From NCBI GenBank assembly GCA_029548865.1, contig JAKPMO010000024.1, positions 1 through 64,000 on the forward strand: a stretch of DNA of 64,000 nucleotides. The letters run 5' to 3'. Source of the DNA: Caldisericota bacterium (GTDB lineage: Bacteria > Caldisericota > Caldisericia > JAAYUI01). Within the stretch, counting starts at the first letter, position 1, and every line of letters begins with the position of its first letter. The notes beneath the pieces are model-generated. The model was not told where the DNA came from and searched no databases. It saw only the letters and a program-made list of their open reading frames with translations. This document shows, piece after piece, positions 1 to 9,932 of the stretch. The position numbers and the translations under genes are program-made.

Positions 1-163
1 AAGTGCAGGCAAGAATTGACGATGGAGCGACACCAAGATCTTTTATGAGGTGCGCTATTCTATTGGTAATTACCCTTGTCTTTCCGGAGCCGGCGCACGC
101 GAAAACAGCAATTGCGCCCTCAGTTGTATTGACAGCCTCAAGCTGTCTTTCATTGAGCTTCAT
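1..163 (-). CDS. pcrA: UvrD/PcrA family DNA helicase, N-terminal part (runs off window)
   Basis: Not in the ORF track. Manual translation from ATG at 163 gives [40 protein letters not shown]..., i.e. the Q-motif and Walker A of SF1 helicases; directly downstream of rpoD. Confidence 0.9.
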   Translation of the reverse strand, partial: MKLNERQLEAVNTTEGAIAVFACAGSGKTRVITNRIAHLIKDLGVAPSSILACT

Positions 164-177
164 TGGATTTGACTGGC

Positions 178-1566
178 CTAGAAGATCCGCTGGTCCTTGA
201 ACCTTACCGACTGCCTAAGCTTTCTTATTGCCTTGGCCTCAATCTGGCGGATCCTCTCCCTGGTGACCTTGAATATCTGGCCGACCTCCTCCAGCGTGTG
301 CGGATATTCACTGTCCAGACCAAAACGGAGCTTTATTATCTCCCTCTCCCTCGGCGAAAGTATCGACAGGATGCTGTGCATCTGTTCCTTGAAATACTTG
401 TTTACTATCTGCTCTTCAGGGGAGGAAACCTTTTTGTCTTCAACAAAATCGCCAAGCCTGTTGTCCTTTTCTTCGCCAATCGGCGTTTCAAGCGAAAGTG
501 GTTCCTGGCTTATTTTGAAGTATTCCCTGATTTTTCTTGGAGTGGTGCCCATTTTTTCGGCAAGCTCGCGGTAGGTCGGCTCCCTGCCAAGGTCCTGGTA
601 AAGCTCTCTTGAGACCTTGGTCAATTTGTTGATGGATTCCACCATGTGGACTGGTACCCTGATGACTCTTGATTGATCGGCAAGCGCCCTCGTTATGGCC
701 TGCCTTATCCACCACGAAGCATAGGTCGAGAACCTGAAACCCTTTCTGTAATCAAACTTCTCGACAGCCCTTATAAGACCAATGTTCCCTTCCTGAACAA
801 GATCAAGGAACGAAAGACAATGGCCGGTGTATTTCTTGGCAATCGAGACAACGAGCCTGAGGTTTGCCTCGATCAGTTTTTTCTTTGCATCCTGATTGCC
901 TATTTCGACTCTTTTGGCAAGTGCTATTTCACCCTGCAATGTAAGGAGTGGTATTTTACCAATCTCTCTGAGGTACATTCTGATCGGGTCGGAGACTTCA
1001 CCCTCCTCCGAAATCTTTACTTCAGGGCCACTTTCATCTGCAGCGTCGGGGTGTACTTCCCCAAGCTTGTCTTCATCGCCAAACCTTATTCCAAGCTCGG
1101 TGAATATGTTGTAAACCTCATCGATCTGGTCGGCCGTGAGGTTCATCTGGCCCATCAGGTCCATTATTTCCTGATAGCTTACAACACTGGAATCCTTGTG
1201 TGCCCTTATCAAATCGACCAATTCTGGCATTTCGATGAGTTCTGCTCTTATCGAAGTGTCGTTTGGCCTGATATATAATTTTTTCTTCAGGTGTTCAAGA
1301 AACGCCGCATCAGAGGACTTTTGTGCGGCAGGCTGTTCCTGTGCAGATTTAACCGACTTTACCTTTTTTGGAGGGGTGTTATTTTTAGGCTCTGCCTTCG
1401 GTTGTTCCTTGACCTTTTTGGTCTTCTCTGGTACAGCTTGTTTGGCAACGGCTTTTTCTTTTTCTACAGTTTTTGCCCCAGCCTTTGCCTTTTGGGTTTT
1501 TGGCTGCGTGGTGGCCTTTTTTTCGGTCTTGCCAGTGGCCTCAACCTTGTCGTTCTTCTTTGTCAT
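178..1566 (-). CDS. rpoD: RNA polymerase primary sigma factor (sigma70/SigA) with long Lys/Ala-rich N-terminal extension
   Basis: [51 protein letters not shown]; follows dnaG; start placed at MTKK (ATG 1566, GAGG upstream). Confidence 0.97.
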   Translation of the reverse strand: MTKKNDKVEATGKTEKKATTQPKTQKAKAGAKTVEKEKAVAKQAVPEKTKKVKEQPKAEPKNNTPPKKVKSVKSAQEQPAAQKSSDAAFLEHLKKKLYIRPNDTSIRAELIEMPELVDLIRAHKDSSVVSYQEIMDLMGQMNLTADQIDEVYNIFTELGIRFGDEDKLGEVHPDAADESGPEVKISEEGEVSDPIRMYLREIGKIPLLTLQGEIALAKRVEIGNQDAKKKLIEANLRLVVSIAKKYTGHCLSFLDLVQEGNIGLIRAVEKFDYRKGFRFSTYASWWIRQAITRALADQSRVIRVPVHMVESINKLTKVSRELYQDLGREPTYRELAEKMGTTPRKIREYFKISQEPLSLETPIGEEKDNRLGDFVEDKKVSSPEEQIVNKYFKEQMHSILSILSPREREIIKLRFGLDSEYPHTLEEVGQIFKVTRERIRQIEAKAIRKLRQSVRFKDQRIF

Positions 1567-3235
1567 TTTGTTCCTCTTGAACCTTGTGTCGCACCTTCTG
1601 CAACCTTGCCAATTCAGCAAGGTCATCCAGAGAAACACTGTCTGCTTTTTCCTTTCTTATCATCCTCTGTTTTTTTGCAGCCACGTCCCTCTTTACATCA
1701 ATAATTAATCCCTGGATGTCCTGTTCCTCATCCATAATGGCAAACCTGGAAAAAATGGAGGATAATTCTTCATTGTTTTCCAGTACGTATGACCAAGCAA
1801 TTTTACCAAAAGTTACCTTATTTTCCAACATCAAACAAAACGCTTTTTTACAAGAATCATCAACAAAGTAATCAGCAAAAAGGCAAGGCAGTAACAAATT
1901 TCTTGCCTGCTCATCAGAAAGGAGTGCCCTTATTATCCTGTTCTCATACAACAATCTCGAGGCTAAAATGTTTAACTTTTTATTCTTATTATTTTCGGTA
2001 TTCCCAATTGTCTTTTGTGAAGGGGTGATCCCAAATTTCTTCGCCACATAATTGGTGTACTGCTCACGTAATAGGAGATCTTGGGAGCTTTCCAACAATT
2101 CAAGGGTCTGCTTTGCTATCCTTACCCTGACCTGTGGCGAGGCTGGATCATCTTCCTGAGATTCGAGATAATTGATTGCAAAATCAACAGGGTCTTTCGC
2201 TTCGGCCAGTGTGGAATTGACAGCATCAGTTCCTATTCTTGCGAGATCATCCGGATCCTTGCCAACCGATTGCCTCACAATCTTGAATACAAGCCCTGCC
2301 TGAAAGCAAATCCTGATTGCCGAGAACGCTGCTTTTTCTCCCGCAGAGTCACCATCGAAGAAGAGAAACACATCGGCACCAAGCTTTCTCAGCATGAAAG
2401 CTTGATCGACTGTAAATGCTGTCCCCAATGATGCAACGGTCTCGGGAAAACCCGCTTTGTGCATCGAGATTGCGTCCATGTAGCCTTCAACAACAATTGC
2501 CCTGCCAAGTTTTGCAATGTGCGACCTTGCGATATTCAGTGCAAAAAGGTTTTTTCCTTTTTCAAATATCGGTGTTGCCGGCGAATTCAGGTATTTTGGT
2601 TCGGAGTTGTCAAGCACCCTGCCACCAAAAGCGATGAACCTGCCTCTGTTGTCAACTATCGGGAAGGTCACTCTTGCCCTCATGTATGAATGTAGTTCTT
2701 CTCTTGAAAGAACGCCAAGCACTTTTGCCCTTTCGACATCAAAACCTTTTGATTGCAGATACTTTGGGAGGAGCTTTCCGTCAGTTGGTGCAAAACCTAT
2801 CTGGAATTTGGATATGATGCACTGGTCCAAACCCCTTCTCTGCAGGTAGTCCTGGGGGAGAGGACTATGCTTGAGATTTTCCCTGAAAAATTCCTGGGTT
2901 GCAGACATCAACTCATAATCTGGAGAACGGTCAGGGCCTCTCTTGAATTCCGGGACATCTATCCCTGCTTCAGTGGCCAGCTTATCTAGTGCCTCCCTGA
3001 ACTCCAGCCCTTCAATCTTGGAGACAAAGGTGACAATATTGCCGCCGGTCCGGCACCCAAAACAATAGAACATTTGCTTGTCTGGGGAGACCGTAAAACT
3101 CGGCGTGCGCTCCGCATGAAAAGGACAAAGGCCGAGAAAATTTCTCCCGGCCTTTTTAAGTTTTACATAGCGCCCGACAACACTTACAATGTCGAGTTTG
3201 TTTGATATCTCCTCGACCAGCCGATCGAGGTCCAT
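1541..3235 (-). CDS. dnaG: DNA primase
   Basis: CPFH...CFGC zinc finger, FGGR, KYLNSP, EGYMD and DGDSAG TOPRIM motifs. Confidence 0.98.
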   Translation of the reverse strand: MDLDRLVEEISNKLDIVSVVGRYVKLKKAGRNFLGLCPFHAERTPSFTVSPDKQMFYCFGCRTGGNIVTFVSKIEGLEFREALDKLATEAGIDVPEFKRGPDRSPDYELMSATQEFFRENLKHSPLPQDYLQRRGLDQCIISKFQIGFAPTDGKLLPKYLQSKGFDVERAKVLGVLSREELHSYMRARVTFPIVDNRGRFIAFGGRVLDNSEPKYLNSPATPIFEKGKNLFALNIARSHIAKLGRAIVVEGYMDAISMHKAGFPETVASLGTAFTVDQAFMLRKLGADVFLFFDGDSAGEKAAFSAIRICFQAGLVFKIVRQSVGKDPDDLARIGTDAVNSTLAEAKDPVDFAINYLESQEDDPASPQVRVRIAKQTLELLESSQDLLLREQYTNYVAKKFGITPSQKTIGNTENNKNKKLNILASRLLYENRIIRALLSDEQARNLLLPCLFADYFVDDSCKKAFCLMLENKVTFGKIAWSYVLENNEELSSIFSRFAIMDEEQDIQGLIIDVKRDVAAKKQRMIRKEKADSVSLDDLAELARLQKVRHKVQEEQNDKEERQG

Positions 3236-3239
3236 ATGC

Positions 3240-5882
3240 TTATTTGCTCCTCTTCTCCCTGATCACGGCCTGGGCTGCTGCAAGGCGCGCTATCGGCACC
3301 CTGTATGGCGAGCAGGAGACATAGTCTAGTCCGACTGTGTGACAGAACTCCACTGAGGATGGTTCTCCGCCATGCTCTCCACATATTCCACAGTGAAGGC
3401 CCGGTCTGGTCTTGCGGCACTTCTCGACCGCCATTCTGACAAGCTGGCCAACACCACGCTGGTCAAGAACCTGGAATGGGTCTTTCTCAAGAATGCCCTT
3501 ATCAATGTAGTCCCTGATGAACTTGCCAACGTCATCCCTTGAGAAACCGAAGGTCATCTGGGTGAGGTCGTTTGTTCCAAAGCTGAAGAATTCTGCTTCC
3601 TTGGCAACATCATCAGCAGTGAGGGCGCCCCTCGGCACTTCTATCATTGTGCCAACCTGGAAATCAACCCTGCAACCCATTGTCTTGAAGACTTCTTCGG
3701 CTGCTTCAAGAACAAGCTTTTTCTGGTTTGAAAGCTCATTGACATCACCAACGAGCGGGATCATGATTTCAGGATAGACTTCAACATTTTGCTGTTTGAG
3801 CTGGCATGCGGCCTCAAGAATGGCCCTTGCCTGCATTACTGTTATTTCCGGATATACAATCCCGAGCCTGCAACCCCTGTGGCCAAGCATCGGGTTTACT
3901 TCGTGAAGGGACTCGATCTTGTTGCGGAGCTTTTCTTCAGAAATACCCATATCGGCCGCAAGCTCTTTTATTTCTTCATCCTGGTGAGGGAGGAACTCGT
4001 GGAGCGGCGGATCGAGCGTCCTGATGGTTACATGATGGCCTCTCATTGCCTCAAGGATGCCAACAAAATCTTCTCTCTGGTACGGTAGGAGCTTTTCGAG
4101 TGCTTTTTTGCGACCACCAAGGTCATCAGCAAGGATCATCTCCCTCATTGCCTTGATGCGGTCTGGGGCAAAGAACATGTGTTCTGTTCTGCAGAGCCCG
4201 ATGCCATGGGCGCCAAAGTTTCTTGCCACTTTTGCATCAAACGGGGTGTCTGCATTGGTGCGGACTTCCAGTCTGCGAGTTTTATCTGCCCATTCCATAA
4301 ACTGGGTGAAATCGCTTGTAAATTCAGGGTCCTTGGTTTCAAGCTTTTCGCCATACACTTCGCCAGTGCTTCCATCCAGCGTTATCCAGTCACCCTCTTT
4401 ATATTTTTTGCCACCAACTTCAAAGAATTTACCTTCTGCGCTGACAGTTATTGCACCGCAGCCAACAACACAACATTTACCCATTCCTCTGCCAACAACT
4501 GCGGCATGTGATGTCATTCCGCCTGTTGCTGTGAGGATTCCCTGGCTCTTTGCCATGCCCATTACGTCTTCCGGAGAGGTTTCAGCCCTGACCAGGATGA
4601 CCTTCTTTTTCTGCTCGGACCACTCTATTGCGTCCTCTGCAGTAAAGACGGCTTGCCCAACTGCAGCACCTGGTGATGCCGGAAGGCCTTTTGCGATGGC
4701 TTTTGCCGACGCCTTGGATTTTGGATCAAGCCTCTTGTGGAGAAGCTGGTCAAGTTCTTGCGGATTGACCCTCATGAGGGCCTCTTCCTTGTCGATGATT
4801 CCTTCCGAAACCAGGTCAACTGCTATCTTGACGGCGGCCTGGGCGGCCCTTTTCCCGTTACGGGTTTGAAGGAGATACAGTTTTCCTCTTTCAATGGTGA
4901 ACTCTACGTCCTGCATGTCCCTGTAGTTTTTCTCGAGTCTCTCGAATGCTTCTGTGAGTTGCTTGTAGCATATTGGCATTTCCTGCTCGAGCTTTGCTAT
5001 TGGTGACGGGGTGCGTATGCCTGCAACGACGTCCTCTCCCTGGGCATTTGTAAGGTATTCGCCAAAATAGTGGCTGTCTCCCGTTGAAGGGTTCCTTGTA
5101 AAACATACGCCAGTGCCCGAATCATCGCCCATGTTTCCAAAAACCATGGTCTGGACATTGACTGCAGTTCCCCTGAGACCCCTGATGTCATAAAGCTGTC
5201 TGTAGGCATGAGCCCTTGGATTGTTCCATGATTTGAAGACTGCGATAATTGCAGCAAAGAGCTGTTCGTTTGGGTCCTGCGGGAATGGCTTTCCTGTTGC
5301 CTTGAGGACAACCTGCTTGTAGCCCTCGATGACTTTCTTGAGATCATCCGCTTTGAGATCCTGATCGGTCTTTGCGCCAGCAGATTCCTTAACGTGGTCA
5401 AGGACTTCTTCAAAATCGTCGTGATTGATCCCGAGGACAACGTTTCCAAACATCTGCATGAGCCTGCGATAGCAGTCAAAAGCAAACCTTTCGTTGTTTG
5501 TAAGCTTTGCAAATCCTGCAGCAGTCTCATCGTTGAGTCCAAGGTTCAGGATGGTATCCATCATGCCAGGCATTGAAACGGCGGCACCGGAACGAACTGA
5601 AACCAGTAGCGGGTTTCCTGGATTGCCAAACTTCTTGCCAGTCTTTGATTCGACGCCCTTTATGTGTTCGAGGATATCTTTTTTGAAATCCTCAGGGAGT
5701 TTTTCCTGCCATGGTCCATAATAATATTCACAACCAAATGTGACAATTGTGAAACCTGGGGGTACAGGCATCCCAATTGACGTCATTTTGGCCAGTCCGG
5801 CGCCTTTTCCTCCAAGGACTGCCTTCTGGTCTTTTTCAGACACTGCAATTGCATCTTCAAAGTGATAAATTAGCCTCTCCAT
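3240..5882 (-). CDS. ppdK: Pyruvate phosphate dikinase
   Basis: LGGKGAGL, VSVRSGAAVSMPGMMDT, GGMTSHAAVV (phospho-His), FSFGTNDL, GICGEHGG; 880 aa. Confidence 0.98.
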   Translation of the reverse strand: MERLIYHFEDAIAVSEKDQKAVLGGKGAGLAKMTSIGMPVPPGFTIVTFGCEYYYGPWQEKLPEDFKKDILEHIKGVESKTGKKFGNPGNPLLVSVRSGAAVSMPGMMDTILNLGLNDETAAGFAKLTNNERFAFDCYRRLMQMFGNVVLGINHDDFEEVLDHVKESAGAKTDQDLKADDLKKVIEGYKQVVLKATGKPFPQDPNEQLFAAIIAVFKSWNNPRAHAYRQLYDIRGLRGTAVNVQTMVFGNMGDDSGTGVCFTRNPSTGDSHYFGEYLTNAQGEDVVAGIRTPSPIAKLEQEMPICYKQLTEAFERLEKNYRDMQDVEFTIERGKLYLLQTRNGKRAAQAAVKIAVDLVSEGIIDKEEALMRVNPQELDQLLHKRLDPKSKASAKAIAKGLPASPGAAVGQAVFTAEDAIEWSEQKKKVILVRAETSPEDVMGMAKSQGILTATGGMTSHAAVVGRGMGKCCVVGCGAITVSAEGKFFEVGGKKYKEGDWITLDGSTGEVYGEKLETKDPEFTSDFTQFMEWADKTRRLEVRTNADTPFDAKVARNFGAHGIGLCRTEHMFFAPDRIKAMREMILADDLGGRKKALEKLLPYQREDFVGILEAMRGHHVTIRTLDPPLHEFLPHQDEEIKELAADMGISEEKLRNKIESLHEVNPMLGHRGCRLGIVYPEITVMQARAILEAACQLKQQNVEVYPEIMIPLVGDVNELSNQKKLVLEAAEEVFKTMGCRVDFQVGTMIEVPRGALTADDVAKEAEFFSFGTNDLTQMTFGFSRDDVGKFIRDYIDKGILEKDPFQVLDQRGVGQLVRMAVEKCRKTRPGLHCGICGEHGGEPSSVEFCHTVGLDYVSCSPYRVPIARLAAAQAVIREKRSK

Positions 5883-5964
5883 TGCACTCTCCAGTCGTAT
5901 TTTTTAACCCTTTGATTTTCCAACAGAAAGTGATTTATGTCAACAAAGCCAAATCCTTTCTTTA

Positions 5965-5994
5965 TTGACATTATGGTCACTGGATGGTTAGAAT
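5965..5994 (+). promoter_or_regulatory. sigma70-type promoter for rpmH operon
   Basis: TTGACA-18nt-TAGAAT upstream of GGAGG (6011) and the rpmH ATG; a second TTGACA on the minus strand at 5938-5943 probably serves ppdK. Confidence 0.7.
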
Positions 5995-6023
5995 CTAACG
6001 ACATTGTATTGGAGGTATTTATT

Positions 6024-6161
6024 ATGCGCACACATATGAGACCACACAATCGCAAGCGTCTTCGCGTCTCTGGCTTTAGAACTAGGATGAGAACGAGAGG
6101 TGGAAGGGCCGTTTTGGCTCGCAGGAGAGCCAGGGGTCGTTGGAGAATTGCCATTTCATGA
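6024..6161 (+). CDS. rpmH: 50S ribosomal protein L34
   Basis: 45 aa, Arg-rich: MRTHMRPHNRKRLRVSGFRTRMRTRGGRAVLARRRARGR; GGAGG RBS; precedes rnpA. Confidence 0.95.
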   Translation: MRTHMRPHNRKRLRVSGFRTRMRTRGGRAVLARRRARGRWRIAIS

Positions 6162-6607
6162 AACTCCCCCATCGCTTAACGGCGGGGCAGATCCACAATC
6201 TTTTTAAATCAGGTTCATCGGTGTACTCAAAGGCCCTCAGGATAGTTTATCTGGAGGGCCTTGAATCTGGTGGCGCAGTATCTTACATCTCACCAAAAAG
6301 TCTTGGGAAAGCACACACAAGAAACAGGGCAAGGAGACTTCTACGGGAGGCTTTTGTATTATCTGAAACATGTGTCGACAAAAACATTGGCATAGCAATA
6401 ATTGCAAGGACGTCAGTACTGGGGATGGACCCGACTCAACTATCTTCCGAAATATCAAAACTGATATCACAGATGCATTCAAAGAAGCATTATCAGTCCC
6501 ACTCCTGTTCTCCATATCAGTCTACCGGACGCTCATCTCACCAATCATCCCTTCACGCTGCATCTACACCCCAACATGCTCAAAATATGCCTATGACGCA
6601 ATTTTAA
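6158..6607 (+). CDS. rnpA: Ribonuclease P protein component, with about 40 aa C-terminal tail overlapping yidD
   Basis: KSLGKAHTRNRARRLLREAF (RNR motif); ATGA overlap with the rpmH stop. Confidence 0.9.
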   Translation: MKLPHRLTAGQIHNLFKSGSSVYSKALRIVYLEGLESGGAVSYISPKSLGKAHTRNRARRLLREAFVLSETCVDKNIGIAIIARTSVLGMDPTQLSSEISKLISQMHSKKHYQSHSCSPYQSTGRSSHQSSLHAASTPQHAQNMPMTQF

Positions 6608-6699
6608 AATATGGACCAATAAAGGGTGGCTTCCTAGCCATCAAAAGAATCCTAAGGTGCAGGCCAGGAATGCCAGGCGGATATGATCCGGTTCCTTAA
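6370..6699 (+). CDS. yidD: Membrane protein insertion efficiency factor YidD (start uncertain)
   Basis: YRTLISP...CIYTPTCSKYA..AILKYG...RILRCRP..PGGYDPVP; homology begins near 6487 but the only in-frame ATG is at 6370. Confidence 0.9.
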   Translation: MCRQKHWHSNNCKDVSTGDGPDSTIFRNIKTDITDAFKEALSVPLLFSISVYRTLISPIIPSRCIYTPTCSKYAYDAILKYGPIKGGFLAIKRILRCRPGMPGGYDPVP

Positions 6700-6711
6700 A
6701 AAGGAGTATTA

Positions 6712-8238
6712 ATGAAAAAGATAGCAGCAATATTGGCGATAACACTTCTGACCATCTGGCCGGTTGCCGGTTTGGTATCAGGAGCTCAACTCTCAGTCAA
6801 ATTCAGCACGTCTGTTGAGGCATTGGCAGGGAACAGCAGTATTGTTCCAGTAGAAGTAACAAACACCGGCAGCGAACCAATTGAAAACGCATTTGTTACA
6901 ATAGCTTCTTTTGATGGCAAACCGCTAGGTCTGGAGTCGGGTGCCAGGTTAGTACAAGGTTCGCAGGAAAAAATAGGCATCCAGAGAATTGATGCAGGCA
7001 GCACCGAGAAAATAAAATTTCAGATCGAATTTTTGTCATCCCTAAAATCTGGTATCAAAAAAATTACATTCTCTCTCGAGTCAAATGGCCAAACAGCCAC
7101 TGGCGAATCGGAAATCAATGTCAACGAAAACCTCAATCCGCCGAGCACCAAAAAAATTATTGTAAGCTCAGACGCCGAGAGCTATCCAAACAGCAATTTC
7201 ACTTATACGGTCAAGGTTGAAAATCCAAAAAGTGACAGTGACGGCGTAATGGACATGGTTGACCTGAAGGTCGAGCTTCTGTCGATAAATGGAAAACAAC
7301 TCAAGGAATTCACAGCGGAAGAAGCCAAAAAAGATAGTTTTTTCAGGCCAATTTTCAAAAGCTCGCTCGTGGTTTCACCAGACAACCCGGAAAGAAAGCT
7401 TGCCCCTGGTGATTCTTTCGAAGCAAAATTCATGCTCGCAACAGGACCAGACATTGAGCTTGGTTCATACAAGGCAAAAATAAAGATAACCTGGCAACCG
7501 GCAGATACAAAACTGCCAATGCAGACAAATGAGATCGAAGGAAACATAGAAGTCAAGCAGGTCACCTGGTACACATTTGCAGTCAGGTGGGTCATTGATG
7601 GTCTTGCAAAAACGGTTGGGTTTGGCAATTATGCAATTACAATAATCATCTTCGCATTGCTTGTTAAGCTGTGCTTCTGGCCGCTCTCAAATGCCCAATT
7701 TAAAAACATGGAAAAGATGGCCAAGATACAGCCACTTCTGAATGCACTCAAACAGAAATATCCAAGAAAAGAGGATGCACAGAAGCTCCAGGAAGAGACG
7801 ATGGCCATCTACAAGGAAAATAATGTCAATTTCCTTTCCGGGTGCCTCCCACTTCTAATCCAGCTCCCAATCGTCATGGCCCTCTATTCCGGAATAAGCG
7901 GATTTGCTCCACTCAACTATGCCAATTTTATCTGGCTTCCTTCGCTTGGTCTTGCAGATCCATTCTACATCATGCCAATCCTTCTTGCGGCTTCTACATG
8001 GCTCCAGCAAAAAGTTTCTACGATGCCAGGACAGGATCAGCAGAGTGCGTCATTCCAGATCATGTTCCCGGCAATGATGTTCCTCTTCGGCATCAATTTC
8101 CCATCAGGCATCTCTCTTTACTGGTTCATGTTCAACCTTGCCTCTATAATCCATCAAATGGTCTATAATAAAGGAGCCTTTGGAAAATTCATTCCAACAG
8201 GAATCATTAAACCAGTTTCAAAGGGAATAAAGAAATGA
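6712..8238 (+). CDS. yidC: Membrane protein insertase YidC with N-terminal signal and two Ig-like domains
   Basis: C-terminal core: KLCFWPL, KIQP, GCLPLLIQLPI, DPFYIMPIL, PSGISLYW; gene context. Confidence 0.93.
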   Translation: MKKIAAILAITLLTIWPVAGLVSGAQLSVKFSTSVEALAGNSSIVPVEVTNTGSEPIENAFVTIASFDGKPLGLESGARLVQGSQEKIGIQRIDAGSTEKIKFQIEFLSSLKSGIKKITFSLESNGQTATGESEINVNENLNPPSTKKIIVSSDAESYPNSNFTYTVKVENPKSDSDGVMDMVDLKVELLSINGKQLKEFTAEEAKKDSFFRPIFKSSLVVSPDNPERKLAPGDSFEAKFMLATGPDIELGSYKAKIKITWQPADTKLPMQTNEIEGNIEVKQVTWYTFAVRWVIDGLAKTVGFGNYAITIIIFALLVKLCFWPLSNAQFKNMEKMAKIQPLLNALKQKYPRKEDAQKLQEETMAIYKENNVNFLSGCLPLLIQLPIVMALYSGISGFAPLNYANFIWLPSLGLADPFYIMPILLAASTWLQQKVSTMPGQDQQSASFQIMFPAMMFLFGINFPSGISLYWFMFNLASIIHQMVYNKGAFGKFIPTGIIKPVSKGIKK

Positions 8239-8726
8239 GCAATGGCAATAACCAGAAAAACACAAAGATGCAGGAAGTCCAAGTAAAAGACTTCCTTATG
8301 GAATTCATCCCCGAACTCTTCAAAAATATGGGGGAAGATGCGCATGTTAGGGTATCAAAAGAAATAGACACCATGTTCGTTTCCGTCGAACTGGACGACC
8401 CTGCAGTGTACATCGGAAAATCCGGGGAGTGCCTCGCTTCCCTCCAGTTCATCATCAATATGATCCTCCAGCGCAAGGAGTGGAACGCAGTCAGAATCAC
8501 CCTTGATATTGGCGGATACAAAAGACGCCAGATTGACATCCTGAAAAACATTGCCCAGAATGCCGCCCTCAAAGTCAGGCGTTTCGGAAGACCGGTAGAA
8601 CTCCAGCCAATGTCAGCGTTTGCAAGGCGCATCATCCACACAACCCTGAAAGACAATCCCTCGGTATTCACACATTCAATTGATGAAGAGCCGAGACGAA
8701 GGGTTGTAGTCGACCTAAGGAAGTAA
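8235..8726 (+). CDS. jag: Jag/KhpB/EloR RNA-binding protein (KH + R3H only)
   Basis: IGKSG KH loop, LQPMSAFARRIIH R3H motif; downstream of yidC. Confidence 0.9.
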   Translation: MSNGNNQKNTKMQEVQVKDFLMEFIPELFKNMGEDAHVRVSKEIDTMFVSVELDDPAVYIGKSGECLASLQFIINMILQRKEWNAVRITLDIGGYKRRQIDILKNIAQNAALKVRRFGRPVELQPMSAFARRIIHTTLKDNPSVFTHSIDEEPRRRVVVDLRK

Positions 8727-9932
8727 TTGGAAACAATATTTGCCCAGGCAACAGCCCCGGTACCACAAGCAGTCGGAATAATAAGGATCTCCGGGGACAA
8801 TGCCTTTGATATAGCAGAAAAGATAATTCCCGCCGGGCTCCCTGATGCCGGTAAATTCGGCTTCAGGGATGTCACTAACGAAGATGGTGAAAAACTTGAT
8901 TCTGGGGTTGTGCTAGTATTCAAGTCACCCAATTCCTTCACCGGTGAGGATGTAGTAGAAATACAAGTTCACGGCAGTCAAGCAGTCATAAGCAAAATCC
9001 TTTTGATACTTGCACAATTGGGTGCAAGACAGGCCAAACCTGGTGAATTTTCAATGAGGGCTTTTATGAACGGAAAAGCTGGCCTTGCTGATCTTGAGCT
9101 TGCCAATGCCCTCGCTAACTCCACAGATGCCTCAAGAGGACTCCAGCCTCAACTCGAGGAAATAAGGAATGATCTTCTCTTTATTATTTCGTCTCTGGAG
9201 GCCTCCATCAGTTTTCCAAATGATGTCAGTAACGAGGACTCCGCAAAAAAGCAAACCACAAACCTTCTTTTCAAGATAAAATCCCTATTGGGCTCATGCT
9301 CAAAACCTGGATTACCAAGAGTTGTCCTCGCAGGACCTCAAAATGCTGGCAAATCAACGCTTTTTAATTTCATTCTTGGTTTTGAAAGAACAGTCACATC
9401 AGATACTGCAGGCACAACAAGGGATTGGGTGCCACAGACAACAAAGATTGCCAGTAGAACAGTCGAGCTTGTGGACGGGCCCGGTTTGAACGGCTCTTCG
9501 GATGCAGGACAATCATCTTTTAGAAAATTGTTTGATTCGGCTGACTGTATCGTCTGGCTTGACCCTTCCGCAGTAAGGCCAGAATTTGCCGATGGGAGAT
9601 TTTTAATGGTGCAATCACAATCTGACAGGGAAGGGTTCCCAGCTCAGCGAGGCTGGCTTCGTGTGTCAGGTAAATATGGTTTAGGAATAGAAGAGCTTTA
9701 TAAAAAGATACTGCAAGTCCTGGGTCAAAGACCTTTTGCTGCAACAGAGAGGCAGATGTCACTTCTTGCTATCATTGAGAATTCAGTTACATCAGCGCTT
9801 GAGTGCCAGACCGATGATGCGATGGCTTTTGAGCTTTCATCTGCTTTCCAGACAATGTCCGAGCTTGATGGCATCGGCGCATCACAGGAAGTCCTTGAAT
9901 CAATTTTTTCCAGTTTTTGTATCGGAAAATGA
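8727..9932 (+). CDS. mnmE: tRNA modification GTPase MnmE/TrmE (short, divergent)
   Basis: TIFAQAT, IIRISG, SFTGEDVVEI..HG, GEFSMRAFMNGK, GPQNAGKST, GTTRD, C-terminal FCIGK; TTG start. Confidence 0.9.
   Translation: METIFAQATAPVPQAVGIIRISGDNAFDIAEKIIPAGLPDAGKFGFRDVTNEDGEKLDSGVVLVFKSPNSFTGEDVVEIQVHGSQAVISKILLILAQLGARQAKPGEFSMRAFMNGKAGLADLELANALANSTDASRGLQPQLEEIRNDLLFIISSLEASISFPNDVSNEDSAKKQTTNLLFKIKSLLGSCSKPGLPRVVLAGPQNAGKSTLFNFILGFERTVTSDTAGTTRDWVPQTTKIASRTVELVDGPGLNGSSDAGQSSFRKLFDSADCIVWLDPSAVRPEFADGRFLMVQSQSDREGFPAQRGWLRVSGKYGLGIEELYKKILQVLGQRPFAATERQMSLLAIIENSVTSALECQTDDAMAFELSSAFQTMSELDGIGASQEVLESIFSSFCIGK

Noticed and set aside
4057..4869. Long antisense ORFs (270 aa here; also 8207-8941, 10180-10896, 19225-19956 and others)
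   Set aside because: They are shadows of well-conserved genes on the opposite strand, with no motifs or RBS.
5883..6023. oriC next to rpmH
   Set aside because: No dnaA and no DnaA-box cluster seen.
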